DNA of 64,000 bases from Eledone cirrhosa. Its lineage: Eukaryota. Both the position numbers and the translations under genes were made by a program. The notes under the pieces are model-generated. The model saw only the letters and a program-made list of their open reading frames with translations, did no database searches and had not been told where the DNA came from. The stretch spans positions 7,192,001 to 7,256,000 of the forward strand of contig OZ024760.1 of NCBI GenBank assembly GCA_964016885.1, in the 5' to 3' direction. This document shows positions 54,322 through 60,300 of the stretch, piece after piece (the first letter of the stretch is position 1; every line of letters starts with the position of its first letter).

Positions 54322-57300
54322 AACAAATAATGTAGTTTTAGAATCACTGAGTGAATTATGAATGTTAAAAAATTAAAGCAAGTTTGTATATGTATATAAA
54401 ACCTGACGGAGTCGTAGGAGCGCCATATTGACATTCAGTGTTTCTAGGGCATTTTAAAACCTGGTGGAGCCCATCTCCTCTCCAGGTTGAATACAATGGA
54501 TTTCTTCCTTCAGAGAAAAGGAAAGAGAGTGAGAGAATGGGAGAGATAACGAGGAAGAATCGACCCCAGTACTAGACTGGTATTTTTTTTTCTCAATCTC
54601 GAATGGATGAAAGGCAAAGTTGACCTCGGCAGGATTTGAACTGAGAGAGTAAAGAGTCAGAACAAATACCACAAGGCATTATGTCCAACATTCTAACGAC
54701 TCTGCCAATTTGCTGCCTAAAAACAACTTTAGACTAAAGTTAAAATGCCTGTTATTTTTTACTATGAAAATAGTCAAACACGTAAGGCATACAGATATAA
54801 CCCCTGGAAACCTAGTTTCATCCCCAGTTCATCCAAGCTCTGCCTTTATCTCTCATTACACATCTATACCACACTATAAATGGAGTAGCTATTTTTAAAC
54901 CAGATACACACAGCCACAGCCAATATAAAAATGCAAACAGCGAAATGAAATGAAACGAAACAAAATGAAATGAAACAAAATGAAATGAAATGAAAGAAAA
55001 TGAAATGAAGGCAGGTACTAACCAGTTTGATTATCTTGATGAGTACCCAGTTATTAGTAGAACTGGTCATCAGTTTGAAGAAAAGAGGTGCCAGAGAAAG
55101 ATAATTTTTAGGATTTTTCCGTGCAAGTTCACAGATTACATTCACAGCTGCAGACTGGACACCTGAAAATAATAACAACATTGGGGGAAAACTGTGCTTT
55201 TTTTAAAATTTACTCACCCCAAGCAAGGCAAAAAAGCCCCTAAAATGAAAGGGGTTACTGAGATGAGAGAAGGACAAGACAGAGAGAGGACATTATATAC
55301 CATATAAGGGGTTACTGAAAAAGGAGGGAGGACAACCATTCTCAGAGACAGGTGTAATGATAAATATTTACCATGCTTTAAAACACCCTTATGTATATTA
55401 TATGTCCAAATTGTTGTTTTAACCCTTTAGCATTTGCATTACTCTTTATATATATACTATTATATTTTCATGGTAAGGGCTTTATCTCACATAATATCTA
55501 ATCTATGAGATTTTGATATTATTTATTTTGAGAACAATACCTTAACATCAGTATGAGTGACCAGTTATGGCTGGTTTGAACATAAAGAGGTGAGAGAATT
55601 CTGACCAGATATGGCTGGTTTAAATGCTAAAGGGTTAACTTGCTGAATTTTATCCAAACGAATTTCAAAGGGTTACAATACAATATTTTGTTTAAAGGTA
55701 AATGCTCCTCTCTTCTATTCGGGGCTCTGGAGCAGGGAAAATTTCAGGTGGAGGACTCCGACATCAGCTCAGAAGAAAATCCATAAAAATGAGAAATACA
55801 GTAATACCCAGGGTCACAAACTTAACCTGTTGACTGCCGCGTATATTTTACACAGCTACAGTTGCTGTGCTGGGTTCTTTTTCAGTAAAATGAATATTTT
55901 GATTGAGAAACATCACATCAATAAACTAGTAACCCCATCTAGCTTTGGAGTTATGAACTGTTGGAAACGAGTTCAAACATGTTAGGATGAGTTATCTCGT
56001 CCATGGCATTGGAATGCATACATGTTAGAATGAGTTATCCTGTCTATGACACTGAAGAGGTTAAATCACTCCGGAAGGCCATTTGTCACTTGAAATGTTC
56101 ATAAACCAAAACTGTTTTTCCCATACGAAATATGGAGAGAGAGAAAGAGAGAAAGAGAGAGAGAGACTGTGTGTGAAAGACAGATATCACTATAGTAACT
56201 AACTACACAGCAAGTGACACTTTTCCTGTCGATACTCTAAGCTTGTTGCCAACCCTTGTTACTGGCTTACGCGTTCATTACTTGAGACACTGTTTGTGAA
56301 CCGAGACGTTTTATGTTGGGAAAGGGAAAACGTGTCTGTGAACCAATTTGTTTGTGATGAGAGGTGTTCATGAACCGAGGTGAATGTAAGTCTATTCTAG
56401 GATCAATGCTGAGATTCCAGTATCGATCTGTGCTGACTTCTAAAACACAACTGACAGATAACACTCAAAGAAAAAGGTAAGTGTTCATCTCATCTATTCA
56501 GGGCTGAATTAACCCTTTAGCATTTAAACAGGCCATATCCGGCCAAAATTCTCTCACCTCTTTCTGTTCAAACTGGCCATAACCAGCCTCTCATATTTAT
56601 GTTAAATTATTGTTCTCAAAACAAATAATATAAAAATCTCATAGATTCAATATTATGTGAGATAATTATGTGAGGTAAAGCCTTTACCATGAAAATACAA
56701 TAGTAGTATCATCATCATCATTTCATTTTACGTCCGCTTTTTCCCTGCTTGCAAGGGTAGGACGGGAACTGATGCTGGCTTGATTTCTACAGCTGGATGC
56801 CCTTCCTAACTCCAACCTCATTTACAGTGAGTGCTGGGTGCTTTTTTGCCGTGGCACCTCCACGACCACTTTGCAGTGGAATGATAGGGACCCCAGTCCC
56901 TATCATCTCATTTCTACAGCTGAGTAAACTGGAGCAATGTGAAATAAAGTGTCTTGCTCAAGGAAACAACACATCACCCGGTCTGAGAATTGAACTCACA
57001 ACCTTTCGATTGCAAGGCCAATGCTCTAACCACTAAGCCATGTGCCTCCATTGGTATATATAAGGTAATGTAAATGATAAAGGGTTAAAACAGATTTCAC
57101 TTTGGAAGGGACACAGATCTAACAACAGAGAATTAGGCCCTAAAGTTTGGTTATGAAAGTTTGAAAGTTTACTAACCAGGATCAGGATCCTCTAGCTTTT
57201 CTTTTAACCGAGGGAATGCAGGCCTAAGGGCTTCTGGAAACTGAAGAAATACTTTGTACATGATGAGGACAGCTTTCTTCCTTAGATAAGGCCTAGTTGA

Positions 57301-60300
57301 TGTCATCTGGAATAGAGAGAGAGACAGGGGGGGATATTATAAAAACATAGCAGGAAGGGGTGATGTTGGGAGTTGAGATGATTGGTAATGAGAGTGATGG
57401 TGGTGATAGTGGCAGGGGTCATGATAGTGATAGGGGTAGTGGGGGGTGGGGGTCATGATAGTGATGATGGTGATGAGTGCTGGTGGTGATAATGATGAAT
57501 ATGATGGTGGTGATTATGGTGCTGTTGACGGTGGGGATCACAATGGTGGTGATGGTGGGGATTACGATGGTGGTGATGGTGGGGATTACGATGGTGGTGA
57601 TGGTGGGGATTACGATGGTGGTGATGGTGGGGATGACGATGGTGGTGATGGTGGGGATGACGATGGTGGTGATGGTGGGGATTACGATGGTGGTGATGGT
57701 GGGGATTACGATGGTGGTGATGGTGGGGATGACGATGGTGGTGATGGTGGTGGATTACAATGGTGGTGATGGTGGGGATGACGATGGTGGTGATGGTGGG
57801 GATGACGATGGTGGTGATGGTGGTGGATTACAATGGTGGTGATGGTGGGGATGACGATGGTGGTGATGGTGGGGATGACGATGGTGGTGATGGTGGGGAT
57901 GACGATGGTGATTATGGTGATGGTGGTGATGGTGGGGATTACGATGGTGGTGATGGTGGGGATGACGATGGTGGTGATGGTGGGGATGACGATGGTGGTG
58001 ATGGTGGGGATGACGATGGTGGTGATGGTGGGGATCACAATGGTGGTGATGGTGGGGATGACGATGGTGGGGATGACGATGGTGACAATGACAGGGAAAG
58101 ATGATAACAACAACAGCGGTGACAAATGAAGGTTGTAGTTTACTTACTAAAGTCATAATGTCATTTGCAAGGTCTCTGGACAGATCCTGAGATATAAAAC
58201 AAGCTAATCCATTTAAGGCAACCCCAGAATCATACATGTTTTGGCTGTTTAGATCCTGTGGAAAGATGGTAAACAGAATATTAAAATAAAATAAGCAGAT
58301 TAAAAAAGAAAAAGAAAGAAACATAATAAAATAATTGTTTCTACTTCTGGCACAAAGCCAGCAATTACCCAGTGTATTACTGGTACTTTATTTTATCGAT
58401 CTCGTAAGGATGAAAGGCAAGGCTAACCCCAGCAGGATTTGAACTCGGACTGTAAAGGGCCGTAATTCTATGCTGCAAAGCATGGCGTCCAACCCTCCTC
58501 TGATACTGCCAATAATGAAGTCCAAACAAATGAAACAGAAATGGTAAATGGATGAGGTCTGGGATCTTGACTCCATAGTAATGACAATCCAAGCATTAGA
58601 TGTTCAATTAACTCTTTAGCATTTAAACCGGCTGTATCTGGTCAGAATTCTCTCACCCCTTTCTGTTCAATACTGATGTTAAGGTATTGTTCTCAAAATA
58701 AATAATATCAAAACCTCATAGATTTGATATTATGTGAGGTAAAGTCTTTACCATGAAAATACAATAGTAAATATAGAGTAATTTAACCTTTAGCATTTAG
58801 ATTACTCTATATTTACTATTATATTTTCACAGTAAAGGCTTAACCTCACATAATATCAAATCTATGAGATTTTAATATTATTTATTTTGAGAACAATACC
58901 TTATCCATACGAGTGGCCAGTTACGGCCAGTTTGAACAAAGAGAGGTGAGAGAATTCTGGCTGGTTAAAATGCTAAAGGGTTTAGGGTCTTCACTCTTTT
59001 ATAAGCTATTTTATAGCATCTCCGTGCATGAACACACCATTTTTTATATTAACTTTATCTTCTGAGCTCTTTGTAAAAGCTCACACAATGTTTGTTAATA
59101 TCTAAAAGCTGTGACACACAATGTTTGTTAATATCTAAAAGCTGTGACACACAATGTTTGTTAATATCTAAAAGCTGTGATTCAGCTAATTTAAGATAGT
59201 AAGAGGTGTCACAGTCCTTTGGCTGAATGGATTAAAACACCTAGCTGGTATCTGGGAGATTTGGGGTTCAATTCCTCAGAACAGCCAATGGTAACTTCAT
59301 TTTCCATCTTTTAAGGGTTTTCATCCCATTTCGCAGCATCTCCGCACATAAGCACATCATTTTTTATATTAACTTTATCTTCTCAGCGTTTTGTGAGAGT
59401 CTGAGAGATCGGCTATATATACATGATGTATATTTGTTAATTTTTAAATTCAAGTTAAAATTTAAGAAACTCAAATAAAATTAAAAGAAAGTGAAATAAT
59501 TTGATCTCACCTTTCGAATCATATTTGTGGTTAGCATCAAAACATCTGTACCTTCATGGAAACTTTGGGATGCTGCGAGATAACCAATTCGCTGAAAGGA
59601 TTTGAAAACATTTCCAACATTATCATCATCATCATTAACTGTGTGAAACTATGTGTGTAGGTACCTTATATAAGAGACACTATATATGTATACACCTTAA
59701 GTATGTGGCACTATGTGTATGTATATACCTTAAATACAAGACATTATATATATGTGTGTACTTTAGATATGAGACACTATATGTGTGTGTACTTTAGATA
59801 TGAGACTATGTGTGTGCGTACTTTAGATGAGACTATATATGTGTGGTTGCACTTTAGATATGAGACTATACGTGTGTGTGTACTTTAGATATGAGGCTAT
59901 ATATGTGTGTGTACTTTAGATATGAGGCTATATATGTGTGTGTACTTTAGATATGAGACTATATATGTGTGTGTACTTTAGATATGAGACTATATGTGTG
60001 TGTGTACTTTAGATATGAGACTATATATGTGTGTGTACTTTAGATATGAGACTATATATATGTGTGTGTACTTTAGATATGAGACTATACGTGTGTGCGT
60101 ATTTTAGATATGAGACTATATGTGTGTGTGTACTTTAGATATGAGACTATATATGTGTGTGTACTTTAGATATGAGACTATATATGTGTGTACTTTAGAT
60201 ACGAGACTATACGTGTGTGTACTTTAGATATGAGACTATACGTGTGTGTACTTTAGATATGAGACTATACGTGTGTGTACTTTAGATATGAGACTATATG

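Noticed and set aside
57446-58129. Gly/Asp-rich and His/Pro-rich ORFs
   Set aside because: Intronic trinucleotide-derived repeat
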